A program made the translations under genes and the position numbers. A stretch of DNA of 64,000 nucleotides. Origin: Blasia pusilla (taxonomy: Eukaryota). Where the stretch lies: positions 19,406,001 to 19,470,000 of the forward strand of contig CM114271.1 in NCBI GenBank assembly GCA_050084515.1, read 5' to 3'. Within the stretch, counting starts at the first letter, position 1. Each line of letters starts with the position of its first letter. The notes below the pieces were generated by a model. That model did not search any database. It was not told the DNA's origin and was given only the letters and a program-made list of their open reading frames with translations. Shown here piece after piece: positions 25,344-38,337 of the stretch.

Positions 25344-26932
25344 GACGAGGAGATGGTGCCCGGTTGGCATGCATGTGCCTATCTTTGTTGGTTGACTATG
25401 GTAGGTCAGCCACGCGTGATTATTCTAGTGGTGGGGATGGATGATGAGTCTTTGGATCCAGAGGTCAATCACGAGGTGACAGGTGGTTGTGATATCCATG
25501 ATGATATGGAGGTTGTGGAGTTCCTGCGCACTGGCGTCATAGCGAGCACAGTGAGTGCTAGGGAGCGAGATCGGATCCTACAGAGAGCCAGGAGGTTCAA
25601 GTGGGAGGAGGCTCATATTTTTCGGATATGGGGAGATGGTAGGATACGAGTGGTACCTCATCCTTCCCAGCGAGCACGTGTAGTGCGACATGCCCATGAG
25701 GAGTTGGGGCATTTTGGAGTAAAGCGTACTTACAGCTTCCTCTAGGTTCAGTATTGGTGGCGTTGCATGCATACTCACGTACAACAATTTGTGGCCAGAT
25801 GTATGGTATGTGACAGAGTGCGAGCATCCTTCAATGCTCCCACTCCGCAGATACATCCTTTTCCGATTATGGGTTTAGGTAATTTATGGAGTTTAGACTT
25901 TGCGGGACCTTTGCCATTGACGGGGCGTCATCATAGATACGTGTTGGTCATGGTGGAGCATTTCTCCAAGTGGATAGAGTTGGTGGCACTACCAGACAAG
26001 GCAAGCGAGGGAACAGCTTATACATTTCTAGATCGTGTGCTTAGTCACTTTGGTGCACCGGAGGAGGTGTTGACTGACCAGGATACCGAGTTTAGGGAAG
26101 AGTTTCAGACCTTATGTGATCAGGCGTTGATAGATCACCGCATCACGTCCAGAGATCATCCTAAGGCGGATGGGTTGCCGAAGAGAGTAGTACAGATGGT
26201 GAAGAGAGGATTGCGCAAGTATGGCTTGCAGCGGGGACAATTGAGGGAGTGGGACCTACAGTTGCCATGATTGGCTATGGGTTATGGCTTTAGTCGACAG
26301 GCATCCTTGGCGTCATTTTCACCGTACTTTTTGCTCTTTGAGAAAGAGTCAGATTTACCTATAGCTATTCGATGTGACATGGCAAAGGTGCTATATCTTG
26401 ATGATCCAGATGTGTGGGTACAAGCGTGTTCACATAGGGCAGAGATTTTTCATAGAGTTATGCCTATGGCCTTTGAGAACTTAGCTTTTGCTCAACATAG
26501 AGATACATTGAGGTACGCGACCATTTGTGGAGGAGGTTATCTTCCAGGGATTAGGAGGTTTCATCCGGAGATTACATGTATTTATAGCAAGCGGCACCCA
26601 CGACGTTAGAGGTCACTGTAGGGCATACGATCCTACATGTGCGCGAGGTATTATCGACCTGAGTCCTTATGTTGGAAGGACGGAATGATATGGTTTGGAA
26701 GGATCATGTGCATAATTGTGGGCCATGTCATCTTCCGAACGTAGACGGGACAGTGGATCCGAGCTTGGCAGTGGTACCTGTAGGCTTGAAGTATATGTTG
26801 TGCAGATCTGCAAAGGGTGCAGCCACGATGTTGGTATGTGATGGTTGTTCTTGAGGGTGGCATATGTCATGTCTGACCCCCCCTCTTGATGTAGTTCCCA
26901 CGGGACGACGGATATGTCCGAGATGTGTATAG
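25344..26932 (+). pseudogene. DDE integrase with C-terminal PHD finger, element A
   Basis: HAHEELGHFG...CMVC, WSLDFAGP, VLTDQDTEF, then YMLC...VCDGCS*GWHMSCLTPPLDVVPTGRRICPRC and the stop at 26930-26932. Confidence 0.93.
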
Positions 26933-27010
26933 GGTAGTAGGTCATGTCAGAGAGATGTGATATTTTCTATCTGGAGTTAGGGGGATCCAAGTGCCAGCTA
27001 GGGGGTTGGT

Positions 27011-27705
27011 TGTGTGGATCCACCCGTGTGTGGGGAAGATCGGTGTTGTGTGGTGTAGATATGACCAACAATGTATGTTGTGTAGCGATATGTATGCACA
27101 CGACAGTTGTCACATCTGAGTAGCCGATAGGCCGAGATCTATCGTGGATAGGGCGTAGGAGCCAGCAGAGTGTCTTGAGTGTAACTTTGTCCCACGGTAT
27201 TGAATGAGGTTGAGGATAGGTCCGTTGTGTCAGGAACGTTGTTTTTTACAACTTCCTTGTTGAGGTCTTTCACAACCGGGTGACTTGTTGACCAGGTCAC
27301 CCGCCCTTGGTAACATGTGCGCGTAGGTTACCAGGAGAATAGCTATTTATAGGGGAAGAGCCTTTTGGCTCTTCCCAACCCTATATAAGAGAGGAAGATG
27401 GCTTTCCTAAGCCATCTTTCTCATGTTGGGCCGTTGGAGTACCTCTCTTGTATGTGTGTGAGATAGGACTAGGGTGCTAGCATTCGGATTCCTTGATAGC
27501 TCAAGGTGGTCGAGGCTCGATATGCCAATGTAGATTGAGGAGTGGAGTTTTAGGCCGGGTGTGCCGTTTTTACTATTTGTTATTTTAGTTGTGTGATCTC
27601 CATGTATATGTATGAGTTGATTTATGTACATGTGTGGATCCATCCGTGTGTGGGGTAGATGTAACCAGCGATGTATGTTAGGTAGCGATACGTTTGCGCA
27701 TAACA
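27011..27705 (+). repeat. Element A 3' end: B1 (27011-27105), GT spacer, A2 (27108-27630), B2 (27631-27705)
   Basis: 'tgtgtggatcca.ccgtgtgtgggg.agat...atgtatgtt..gtagcgata.gt.tgc.ca..aca' occurs twice. The junction cacgaca-GT-tgtcac lies at 27099-27113. Confidence 0.85.
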
Positions 27706-30043
27706 CAAGTCATCATAGTTTTGTGTCTCTCTTTCATTCATCCTTTCTTATCTATTAATTGCAAGAGTTTCCTTTTACAGCTTTGAGCTCTACTTTCTTT
27801 TAGAAATGTACGATTTTGATACGTGAATAGGAACTCCTCTCCTACTTTGATTTTTTCTTATATCGGTGAGAATAAGTGTGATTCTAATGTTTGGCTACTA
27901 GAGTTAGAAATAAGATCGTGCAAACCAAGAGCTTAGCAAAGATTCCATGCGGTGCCTTATAGCTACAATGTAAAGTTATGCAACAACATAAATTTGGAAA
28001 AACATGTAAAATATCATATTTTGATAAAGACGTAGGATGAAAATTTGATAAAAAGGAATGAGATTTAAGTGTTGGATGAACTGAGGAGGAGACACTTTAA
28101 GAAATTTATTGCACAATTCATTCAAATTTCACATCATGTCTTCTCATCCTCTAGTTAAGTGGAGGAGGTTAGGTTTAGAGCAAAGAAGAAAAGATTACAA
28201 ATACTCAATTTTTAATCGTTACGACATTATGATCTATAAATAGAATTAAGTCCGATAAGCTTTAGCGGTGTACATATTTACGTAGGAACAAAAAAATTCT
28301 TATTTCATTATTCAAATGAAACTCGTAGTCAAGTTAACTCTATAACTTGAAGAAGAATGGAGGACGCATGAGAGTAAATAGTTTGCACGTCACTTGAGCC
28401 AAACATAAGATTGTATGTAGTCAATTGTGCTACTTAAGTAGTTAACCTATAATTAAAGTAAACCATCATAAGGCATGATGAATTGGATACGAAGGAGGAT
28501 TAATTCCAATAAAAATAAATTCTCGAAAAGTCATATTTTAGCTTTAGAGTGTGAGGGTGTTATAGACTAAATTCATAATTAAGAATATGTAGTAAGCAAT
28601 CGATGGAAAATAAGTGATACATGTAAGGTTTTTGGATCTTTCTTATAATTTTGGCTATGCACCAACATCCATCCACACACTCATATAGTACATAAATTTT
28701 TTGACAACCTATAACTTTGATCTTATGGAAGTGGTAAAGGATCTAAGCGACCCTAGAGGAAGATCTTATGTATACAAAGGAATTGGGAGGATTGTCTATA
28801 AGCACACCAAGATCGGATAATGTGCTGAGATTTTATCCTCTCACTTGAATTTCTAATCTCGAAGATACAATGGAAGTTCTCTTTGTTTCTCTCCCCTCCG
28901 AGAAAATCGTTGAACCTATCAGAGGGATTTTGACCTCCTCTTTCGTCTATTTTAACCATGTAAGATGAGTAGAAAAAAAGGGTCATGGAGGAGGAATTTG
29001 AGATACATGCTAAAGATGTTTGAACATGTTTGTGTCAAATGTTCAAAATTGATTTGAGATCACATTAAATGTACCGATTAAAAAATTAAGACGAGAATTG
29101 GCAAGGAATCCACAAAGGGAATTGAAGAGGGGAAATTTTCGAAGCTTCTACCGTTCCCCAAGCAATAAATTGAGAATATAAAAAAAAAATTCTCCTAGGG
29201 CCTTACAAAATCAAATGTTAGTGCTCCTCCCATAACCACCTCATATGGAGTTGTTCCATATGCAGCTCATATCATGCACAACCCCTCAACCCTGCCGCCC
29301 TTTTAAATATAATCTCCCGCCTCCCGCCTCAGGTTTGGGCAGTCCTGCCCAACCCTCGGGTTAGGCAAACCCGTGGATGAATAGGGGCAAGTTACACAGT
29401 TGGCTATGATCTTGTGGGAATAGGGGGGGGGGGGAATGATAGGATTAGGGTAAAGTGAGTCGTAATTAATTAACTCCATTATGATCCATTGTTCAGAGTT
29501 GAGCGAGTCGCCGGTTCGTGGAGAAGTATTTGTTGTACATAAGAAGATCCGAAACTGTGAACATCAAATCTCCACAATAATAATGATCTGTCAAAACTGC
29601 CATATCGTTCGATCTGCCATCGGCAGATCGTCGGCACTTTAGGGTTCAGGTCGTTGTTTAGCGGGCGAGATGGATGGATGGATGGATGGATCATGGACGG
29701 AAATCTAATACCACTTACTTACCTAGTGGCCATCGTGGAACAAACTCGTGAGCGCGATTCTTTGAATGGCTGTTCGTGCCTCCCTCACCGACCACTCTAT
29801 CGACTAAAATGCGTTCGTGATATTAATGATTCCCCCCATATTAGAACGGCCTCGTTGAATGGGAACTCGAGAACTTCCATTACTGCCCCCCCATCATCAT
29901 CATCATCTCACTCTCTGATAATCATTGGCTTAAGCTCAAGCTTCGACTTAAGCTCCGGAGTCCTGACAAACCCTCCTTCGCCTCTAGAGTCTAGAGTCTA
30001 GACCGAGCTCACCCCTGCGTTAACGCGGGGCCATCAACTCCTC

Positions 30044-30400
30044 GATCCTAAGCTCAAGCGCCGCTAAGCCACCTCGTCATCTTAAGCTAAACCCCGGCGC
30101 AAAGCTGATCCTAATCCCAACCCTAAACCCATGATATGCCGCGGGCTGAAGCACATCGCAATGGCATTCCCCAAGCTCATCATTACCGTAAGCTCGTCGC
30201 GAAGCGACTCGTTAATAATAATGATCCTAAGCTCAAGCGCCCCCAAGCCACTCGTCATCTTATCCTCGACCCCGGCGCGAAGCTGATCCTAATCCCAACC
30301 CTAAACCCATGATATGCCGAGGGCTGAAGCACATCGCAATGGCATTCCTCAAGCTCATCGTTACCGTAAGCTCGTCGCGAAGCGACTCGTTAATAATAAT
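30044..30400. repeat. Tandem duplication, 2 x ~179 bp
   Basis: 'gatcctaagctcaagcgcc...gcgaagcgactcgttaataataat' at 30044-30222 and 30223-30400. Confidence 0.95.
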
Positions 30401-31433
30401 CACTAGCCGAGATTAGCTTAATCTCAGCCTAGCCACAGTGCTGCCACACCCCCTCCTTCAAGGATCCGGATTCCGGTGTACCCTACGATCCATTAAGTGG
30501 CTTTCGGCGACCCACGCTCGCCATTTATTCGAAGAATGAGCGTTATGGCATTCATGCGTTGTCCGAGCAATATGGGGGTGGTTAAGTGGAGGTGTCGGGC
30601 GATCGCGTTACAATCCCCGCACATGCATCTCATGCAAGTGAACGAACGGTCGTGGGAGTTTGGATTTTATTTGTTAGTTTTTACCCATTCTAATATTTAA
30701 TCCCGAAGTTATTTTCTCAAGAAATAACTTCCGGGCGTGTCCTGCCGGAGAATATGAATGGGAAATCTTAATGGGTCGAATTCAAATATTTTATTGTTTC
30801 AGGTTGGCAAAATTAGCATTTTCCTTCATGAAAGAAAGGTTTTTTTTTCAGTATGATTCTACTACTATTTTAATAAATTTATGTCCTTCTCGGTTCTACA
30901 GGGAATATGTAAGAAACCAGCTAGAACTCGTAGATTTTTATGCGTTTTTTTTTCCAAAAAAAACATATTCGATTAACAGAGAATATGACCTTTTTCCGAG
31001 TTTAAATGTATGTTTATTCTATTCGAAAAGAAACTTATTCCTGACGAAGAGAAATGGAATATAATCTAAAAGTTAAAAACAGATATTCGTTTTTTGGGTA
31101 TTAATATGCAGCTCACTTTCATATTACTTTACTCCGTACGTATAAGAAAATATTTCTCTCAGTTTCAATTATTTTCGCTTAGGAGTCTTTAAGAAATACG
31201 CCCAAATTCATATTTCAGGGAAATTTTATAGTAAAACAACTAGTTATACTCTATTATAACCTTTCTAGATCCCAACACCATGGAAATAGGCCCCAAAGTT
31301 CCTTGGTGATGTTTAACAGTTAAAGGCACACTTTGGACTTTTTGGGCTCTCTAAAAAATATAAAATAATTTTGAGTCCTTATTTGACACTCAATCGTTGA
31401 AGGTTTTGGTTTTCATAACCAAAATAAGATATA

Positions 31434-31670
31434 CTAACACGGCATGTTAAAATACTAAGAGGGCTCGGAAAAGCACTAACACGGTGGGAGAATAGAAGAA
31501 AATGGAGAAACTCTAACACGAGCGGCATGGAGGGCAGTAACTTGTAACACGGCATGGAGAAGGAAGAACAGAAGAAAAGAAAGTGCTTATGGAGGAGAAG
31601 GAATGAAAATACTAATAGAGGAAACACTAACACAACATGGAGAGCATTAACACGGGGGCGTAACACGTGG
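31434..31670. repeat. Cluster of about 7 TAACACG(G) motifs
   Basis: taacacgg, taacacga, taacacgt and taacacaa at about 31435, 31476, 31514, 31545, 31628, 31648 and 31661. Confidence 0.6.
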
Positions 31671-34079
31671 AAAACAGAAGAAACATCTCTATACACATCC
31701 CACATCATATCCATCCGTCACTTGAGAAGTCTGCACAATAACTTGCAACATCTTGTAAGATAACATTTTTCTATTGGTTCAAAACCCTCCTACCAAAAAT
31801 CTTGAACCCAAAATCATACCAAATGGAGTAACACAAGACCTCTTTTCAAAGGATACCCTCGATCGCCACAAGTGAAATAATGGTGATGTAACTTTATAAA
31901 CTCTTGCATACGGCCTAAAAATCATGTACATACTAGAGCACATCACATTCAAGCTTCCCAACACATTAACTTAGATACAAAAATCAAAGTTTCTTGTTGG
32001 CATTAGACATATAAACCCGTGTAGGTCAAATGGATTTAGACCAACCTTACCAAGTTTGTGCAATTTTTTTGATGTGGTGAATGATGTTTGACAAAAGAAA
32101 TGACAAATAAAAGATAACCTTTCAAAAAAAAATCTAAATGTTGAGCAAAATTATCTCAACAAAAACCTCATTTGATTTATTATCTTGTGCCTTTAGGGTT
32201 AAAGTGGCATTAAAGTTTCCGATTCTTTATTAGTCATCAAGTAGTTGCATTACAACATATAATTTAGTGTAAAATCTTGTATGATTTTTAATTCAATAGA
32301 ATTGTGCATATGGGGAAATTGAAAAGTTAATTGATGCTCTCCATTAGAGTGATAAGGGAATAATGTGACAAAAGTCTAATACTAAGAGAATGGAAGTAAT
32401 ACGAATAAGGAAAGAAAAAAATGGTCGACGAATTTTCTTTACATCATATCCTAAGACAAACCATGGAATACATGCAAGTTTTCTTATGTTGCTTACACAT
32501 GAGTTCGAGAAAACTTGATTATAAGTTGTATATTTGTGCAAATGAGAATTTCATCTAGTTATCAACTTCACAGGTCATGACTTCTTTGATATAATTTAGT
32601 TATTTGGGAATTAAGGTAAGGTATTATATCAGGTAGATGTTTCCCTATATAAATCGAGAGAGAGAGAGAGAGTTTTGTACAAATGAAGCACAAAGCATGG
32701 ACCTAAAAGCTTATGTAGCCTACAACTCTATCCATTCAAGAGGTTTGGATTGATGTCTAGAAGCATTCATTGAGAAACATAAGAATATTATTTTATCATC
32801 TAAAACTAGACTCTCTAACTAAGTTTAGACATTTGGAGCAATTCACTGTTCTATCAAGGATCTATATTTGGAATATATATAAGTGATCTTAGACTTCTTG
32901 CGATGGAATTTTGGAGCATTGATTTAGGCTTGTAATATACTTGCATTTCCATGTTTTAGGAGTCATTGGGATTTTAGGAATTTTAGATTGAATTCCATCT
33001 TTTTAGTAAAATTTAACATAAGTCCAATATTTGAACCAACCAAAAAAACCTCCTTGCAAATTTACCTTACACATGTGGACATCTTCATGGTTTTATAGAA
33101 AATTATAGCAAAGAAATTTATCCACTTGAAAACTTCAATCGAGTAATTTAGATCTCATTCCAAAATAATAAAATTATACCCTAGAGAACTTGAATATTGT
33201 ATTTACCATCAATTGTCTCATTCGATGTTTGGGCCTCCAACATTTAAAAGGAAATTCATTGAAATGAATATAAGTTCTATCTCTTTTAACTCCACAAAGA
33301 GCTTTGCACACCCAAATAGTATTACTAACAAGATTGTAGAATAATCATATGAGCCATGATTACAACCTCCAAAGGAAAATATTTATTCCTATTCATTAAG
33401 AATCCAAATTTATGTTATTTTTTCCTCCAAGTCATCTTATACTTCTTGCTCCAAGATACCAATAAGAAAAATCTTCCTTTTTCCATCTTCCATATCCATG
33501 ATTTCATTTTTGAAAAAACAATCCTTTCAAATGAATTCCACAAACATTTGGCAAAACATCCTTTTCCACACTTAAAATATGAATGGTACGGTATATTTTT
33601 TTGAGTGAGAATAACTAGTGCGCCTTGATAATAAGGCTAGATATGTGTGGAGTAAGGTATCGAGAGGCTGTGGGTGACATGTTGACCTTTCTTCATAAAT
33701 TTCGTGCACAAATCATCCTTTAGGAGGTTGCTTGGAACCTTCTTGGAGATTTCTTGATAAGTTAGTGATACAATTTTATGAGTTGGGGCTAAATTGTGCA
33801 TTCCCAACTTTGCACTATGGCCTAATGATATAGAGATTGACTTATAAAGCATCATACCATATCTTAAAAGCATATGAGAAGCATACGACTATTAACGTGG
33901 AAATAAGCACATGCTCTCATTAACCCTGATAACTCAATGCCAAAAAAGTATGTTAGTTCTTATAAATCCTTCGTATTAAATTTTGCAAGTAATTTTAGCT
34001 TGCCTTTTTATGGCATATCCTTGATTCCTCATTACCTCTAGTAATTAAGATGTTACAAAAAAAACAATTATCAATATAT

Positions 34080-35900
34080 AACCTCGTTCTCTCAAAAAAT
34101 ATAGTTAAGAATCTGAGTTAAAAACTCTTAAGCCAAGATTTTGCAAGGTGCATGTAATTTTTCCATACCAAGTCCTTGGAATTTGCGTAAAACTCTCTGT
34201 AACTTGCATATGTAGAACGAAAACTCTGAATCTTGATATCTAGATGGTTTAATTATGTACAACTCTTCGTGTATATCGTCCTTCGATAAAATATTCATGA
34301 CATCCACTTTGTACTTATTGCATCTACAACTACTATTTTTTAGTCGTCATCTTTATAACAAAGCTAAATGTCTCTTTGTAGTCGATATCATATTATTGTA
34401 CATAGCCTTAACTAATAAGTTGGTTTTGTATTTGTTCACAATTCTATCTTGATTGGGCTTGATCTTATAAATCCATATGCAACTAATAGCTTTTTTACCA
34501 AAAGGATATATCAACAAGCTGTTAAGTCCCTTGGCATGGTAATATAAGAAGCTCTTCTTTCATAGCTTCAATCCATTTGACCTTAGATACAACTTCTTCA
34601 AAAGAACTTGGTTCTTGTTCTTGAAGAGAAGTCACAATATATGCGGGATATATTCCAAGATATCTATGATTTATAATTAAATGAACAAGATATATGAATC
34701 TACTTGATCTATTAGGTTTTTGTTAAAAAATAGACATCTTTAACATTTGACTTGAGCTTTGACTAATATCATCAGATTGAATACGCAATCCTCCCAACCA
34801 TGGATTGATAAATTTATTTGAAGAGTCTAAGACATCTTCTAATCTTGCACTAGAACTTGGGAGATTTCTTGGAAAAGTCTATTGATTTGTAGTAATATGC
34901 TCCGCCTTAACAAACATATCGAGAGGCAAAAGATGTTCGGATGAAGCATGTTATGACTTCAACTCATAAAAACAAAAGATCATGACTAATAATAAGCTAT
35001 ATAGATGATGAAATAAAGTACTTTTATCTTTTGGTTTTATCAACAAAGCCAATGAAGATACGTCTCTAAGATTGGGATTCGACTTTTCAAGTCTTAATTT
35101 CAATAGAAATGTAAGCAAAACAAAAATAACCAAAGACTTTCAAACATGAGAAGTAAGGGTTTACTACCAACCAAGACTTCAAATGGAGTCTTGTCATGAA
35201 TTCTTGCTATGTAAGTTTTATTGATTAGAAAGATTACACAAATTAAAAAATTTATTCAATACATGATGGGCATGTTCTTCTTATAGATCAAAGCGTGGGT
35301 CTTCTTCCAATGTTTCCATTCTTGTGTTTAACCATCCCATTTTGTGGTGGGGTGTAATGACTTATGAATAACTTAGGATGTCATTGTGATAAGAGAGAAG
35401 AATATCTCTCATCAAAATTTGTTGAGAGATACTTTTCTTCCTGTGTATATAGTAATTTAAGAATGTGTTTCTCACTCTACTTCTATATAAAAAATTGGAA
35501 TTTTTGGAATACCAAAAATAATTCTAACTCATATTTTAAATAATATACCCAAATCTATCTCGAGAGTCATTAATAAATTAAATGAAGTATCGATAATTAC
35601 TAAGACTATATTGTGATGTTGTCCACTGATAATTTTGAATCAACTCTAATATTTTGGATGCTCTTCTTCTTTGCTTTATAAATGGGAATCTAGCATATTT
35701 TCCAAACTAACTTGTTCTGGTTTATGATAGAATAAATTTGGGTATATGGGATGGTTTATGGATCTTGATATCTAGGTTTTAGATGATGAAAAAAATTGCA
35801 ATTTTTGAAGGTTCATATACCCAAATTTCTTCTATCACACATTAAGATATGTGACTTATTTGCTAGTTTGATTTTATCTTGTTCTTTGAATCTATGATAT
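34080..35900 (-). mobile_element. Highly decayed Ty1/Copia pol remnant (integrase then RT)
   Basis: Minus-strand translation gives IWVYYLK and YTPPQNGMVKHKN (integrase), then GKKAISCIWIYKIK...KYKTNLLVK...DIDYKETF and VDVMNILSKDDIHEELYI (Copia RT). INT precedes RT. Confidence 0.75.
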
Positions 35901-36317
35901 AGAAACATGCAGTATGAACATTATGCTAGATCTAGTTCCTTTGAGTATCATAGTCTAGTGATCCATCATTTCAATGAAATAACCATTAGGGGTAAAAAAT
36001 TATGTGATATCCCATTGTATTATGTGAATAATAGAATATGAGGGTTATTCACTCAATCTTTTGATTAACAAGGATATTTTTTTAACGATCATCCGTGAAG
36101 TAAGAAGAAGGCATAAATGGGAGGGACATAGAGAGAATTTCAAAAAACATATATTTGGTTTCATCTTGTTGCATTGGAACTTTAGGCATAAGCATAATAC
36201 AATGTTGTGTATCATATAATATAATCACTATTGCAATAACTTTTACATGCTCCAGATTCAAGGTTGCACGGAAACGGACAAATCCGGACATGACCACGGA
36301 CATGGAAGACCAGACAC

Positions 36318-36860
36318 GTGGAGCATCAAATCACATGACCTCACAAGCTAAATGGTTTAGTGAAAGATCTTGCAATTGTGCTCACAGGAGATGACACTCA
36401 ACATCATATCACGCATATCGGTAAAGTTCCAATAGCATCATATGGTTTTTGTGCTCTTGGAAATGTTCTCTATGTTCCTACCATTGCAAAAAACTTAATC
36501 TCTGTATGAGAGATAGTAGAACAAGGTTATCAAGTGAAGTTTAACACAAATGGTTGTTTCATTGAAACAATAGATGATTAGACTACGTTAGCCAAAGGAA
36601 CTAGATCAGGCCGAATATTTAAATTAGATGTTTCTATGCTAGAGAATCAAACAACAATAATGGTCAAACTGACCAACAAGTCACAAATCAAAATATGTGG
36701 CATAAGAGCATAAGATGTATGAATCTTCAAAGATTACAGTCTTTAATCATCTAATCTGTTTATAGGACTTCCTAAATTAGCAAGTCGTGCTACGTTAGAG
36801 ATAGGTCATGGTTGCTAATTTGGAAAACAAGCTAGATTTGTTTTTCCAAACCAAGGTAGA
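36318..36860 (+). mobile_element. Decayed Ty1/Copia protease and pre-integrase fragment
   Basis: GASNHMTSQAKWF, NVLYVPTIAKNLISV, QGYQVKF..NGCFI, GRIFKL, WHK. Confidence 0.7.
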
Positions 36861-36909
36861 AGAGCATCCAACTACCATTCTGACCGAAGTAGTCCATCAA
36901 ACTGGCACC

Positions 36910-37730
36910 CAGAGTGACCGCGCGCGCTCTAATAGCGGGCCACCGGTGCGGGCTCTAATGAAGGGTGCGGGCCTCAGTCTCGACGTGGGCTGCAAGCGAG
37001 CACGACATGTGGGCTAATTTGCGGGCCCTAAAGTCCGTGTGCAAGCTTGTTGCGAGCCTTGGAGCTTGCACGCATACTAGGATGCGGGCCCTGAAGCCCG
37101 CGTATGGGCTGCTTGCGGGCCGCCGAGCCTGCGTACGGGCTAGATCATGGGCCCTCAAGCCCGCGTACGGGCTTGTTCCAGGCCCTAGAGCTCGGATGTG
37201 GGCCCTGAAGCCCACATCCAGGCTAATTACGAGCTAGGTCGCGAGCTGGTTGGGGGCCCTAGGGTTGGGCCATGAAGCCCACATCCAGTTTGATTACAGG
37301 CCTCCGAGCTTGCAAGCGGCCTACGGTGTGGGCCCTTGAGCCCGCATGCGGTCTGCTTGCGGACCTAGCAGCACGTATACGGGCTGGGGTGCAGGCCCTA
37401 AAGCCATGCCTCCTTGTAGGCCTGGGAGCGCGCGCATGAGCTCGTTGCGGGCCTTGGAGCGTGCTTGCAGGCTAGGTTGTGGGTTGCTTGCAGGCTAGGG
37501 TAGGGGCTGGTTGCGGGCCCAAGAGCTTGCATGCGGACTATATCATGAGCTTGATGCGGGCTAGGGTGCGGGCTGCTTGCGGGCCTGAGAGCATGCATAC
37601 GGACTACTGCGCAGGCTCGCATGCAGGCCATCAAGCCCGTGCGGACTCTAAGGCCCGTAGTGCAGGTTTTGCGCGGGCTCGCAGGCCTTGCAACCCGCAT
37701 GCGGGCTAGGGGTTGTGGGCGGGCCCTGTG
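36910..37730. repeat. GC-rich degenerate tandem repeat block (about 50-65 bp units)
   Basis: Recurrent 'gggccc(t)gaagccc(g/a)c' and 'gcttgcgggcc' units, with a sharp GC contrast to the AT-rich flanks. Confidence 0.75.
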
Positions 37731-38337
37731 ATTTGAGTGAGGTATTAAATAAATTCTGTGGTGGAGAAAGGAATGAAAATATTAAAATAGATTTGAATAG
37801 GGTGATTGTATTCCAAAATAGGTATGTTGGAAATTTAAACTAGGTCAAGAAGTTAGATAGATCAAGAAGGAATCTAATAGGAGAATAAAAATAGGTTTAT
37901 TAAAGAAAATTAATGGAGATGGTTTAGTAATCAATTGGAAGTGGAGGTAGATGAATTGGGGAGTTAGAAGGGTTCATTCTCTTTCTTCTATCATCCCCTA
38001 TATAAACTTGCTCATTTTGTGTATATCCTCACAATCTCATTCCTCTCTCTCTCTCTCTCTCTCTAGATTTTTCTTTCTCCATAGATAGTTGAACTTGATA
38101 AGTGAGAATATGTTTTGCCACTAACCCTGATACTAAAGCTATCTCGCTTATCTAGATTAGCATATTGATCTTTCTTTTTCATAGTGAGTGTTCCAAGTTT
38201 TGTTATTGGAGCATTCACGGATAATATTTGGTGTAATTTGCATACATTTTATTGATTGATATATACTAATATTGACATAGTAAATTGTTGCAAATTTTCT
38301 AAATATTGTTGGGTGGGATTAGTGAGTGCGTGTAGTC

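Larger units (their letters stand above)
11715..27705 (+). mobile_element. Element A: 5'-truncated, degenerate Ty3/Gypsy-type retroelement (PR-DNMT-RT-RH-INT-PHD), interrupted by element B
   Basis: Protease tail from 11715, DNMT 12349-13320, RT/RNase H 13600-15084. Pol resumes at 25344: removing B and one GAGT restores GARWYGES|DEEMVPGWHA. INT-PHD runs to the stop at 26932 and terminal repeats occupy 27011-27705. Confidence 0.92.

Noticed and set aside
11297-27709. cttg and caag flanks as a TSD or TIR of one composite 16-kb element
   Set aside because: The match is inverted rather than direct, offset by 2 bp and only 4 bp long, so it is compatible with chance.
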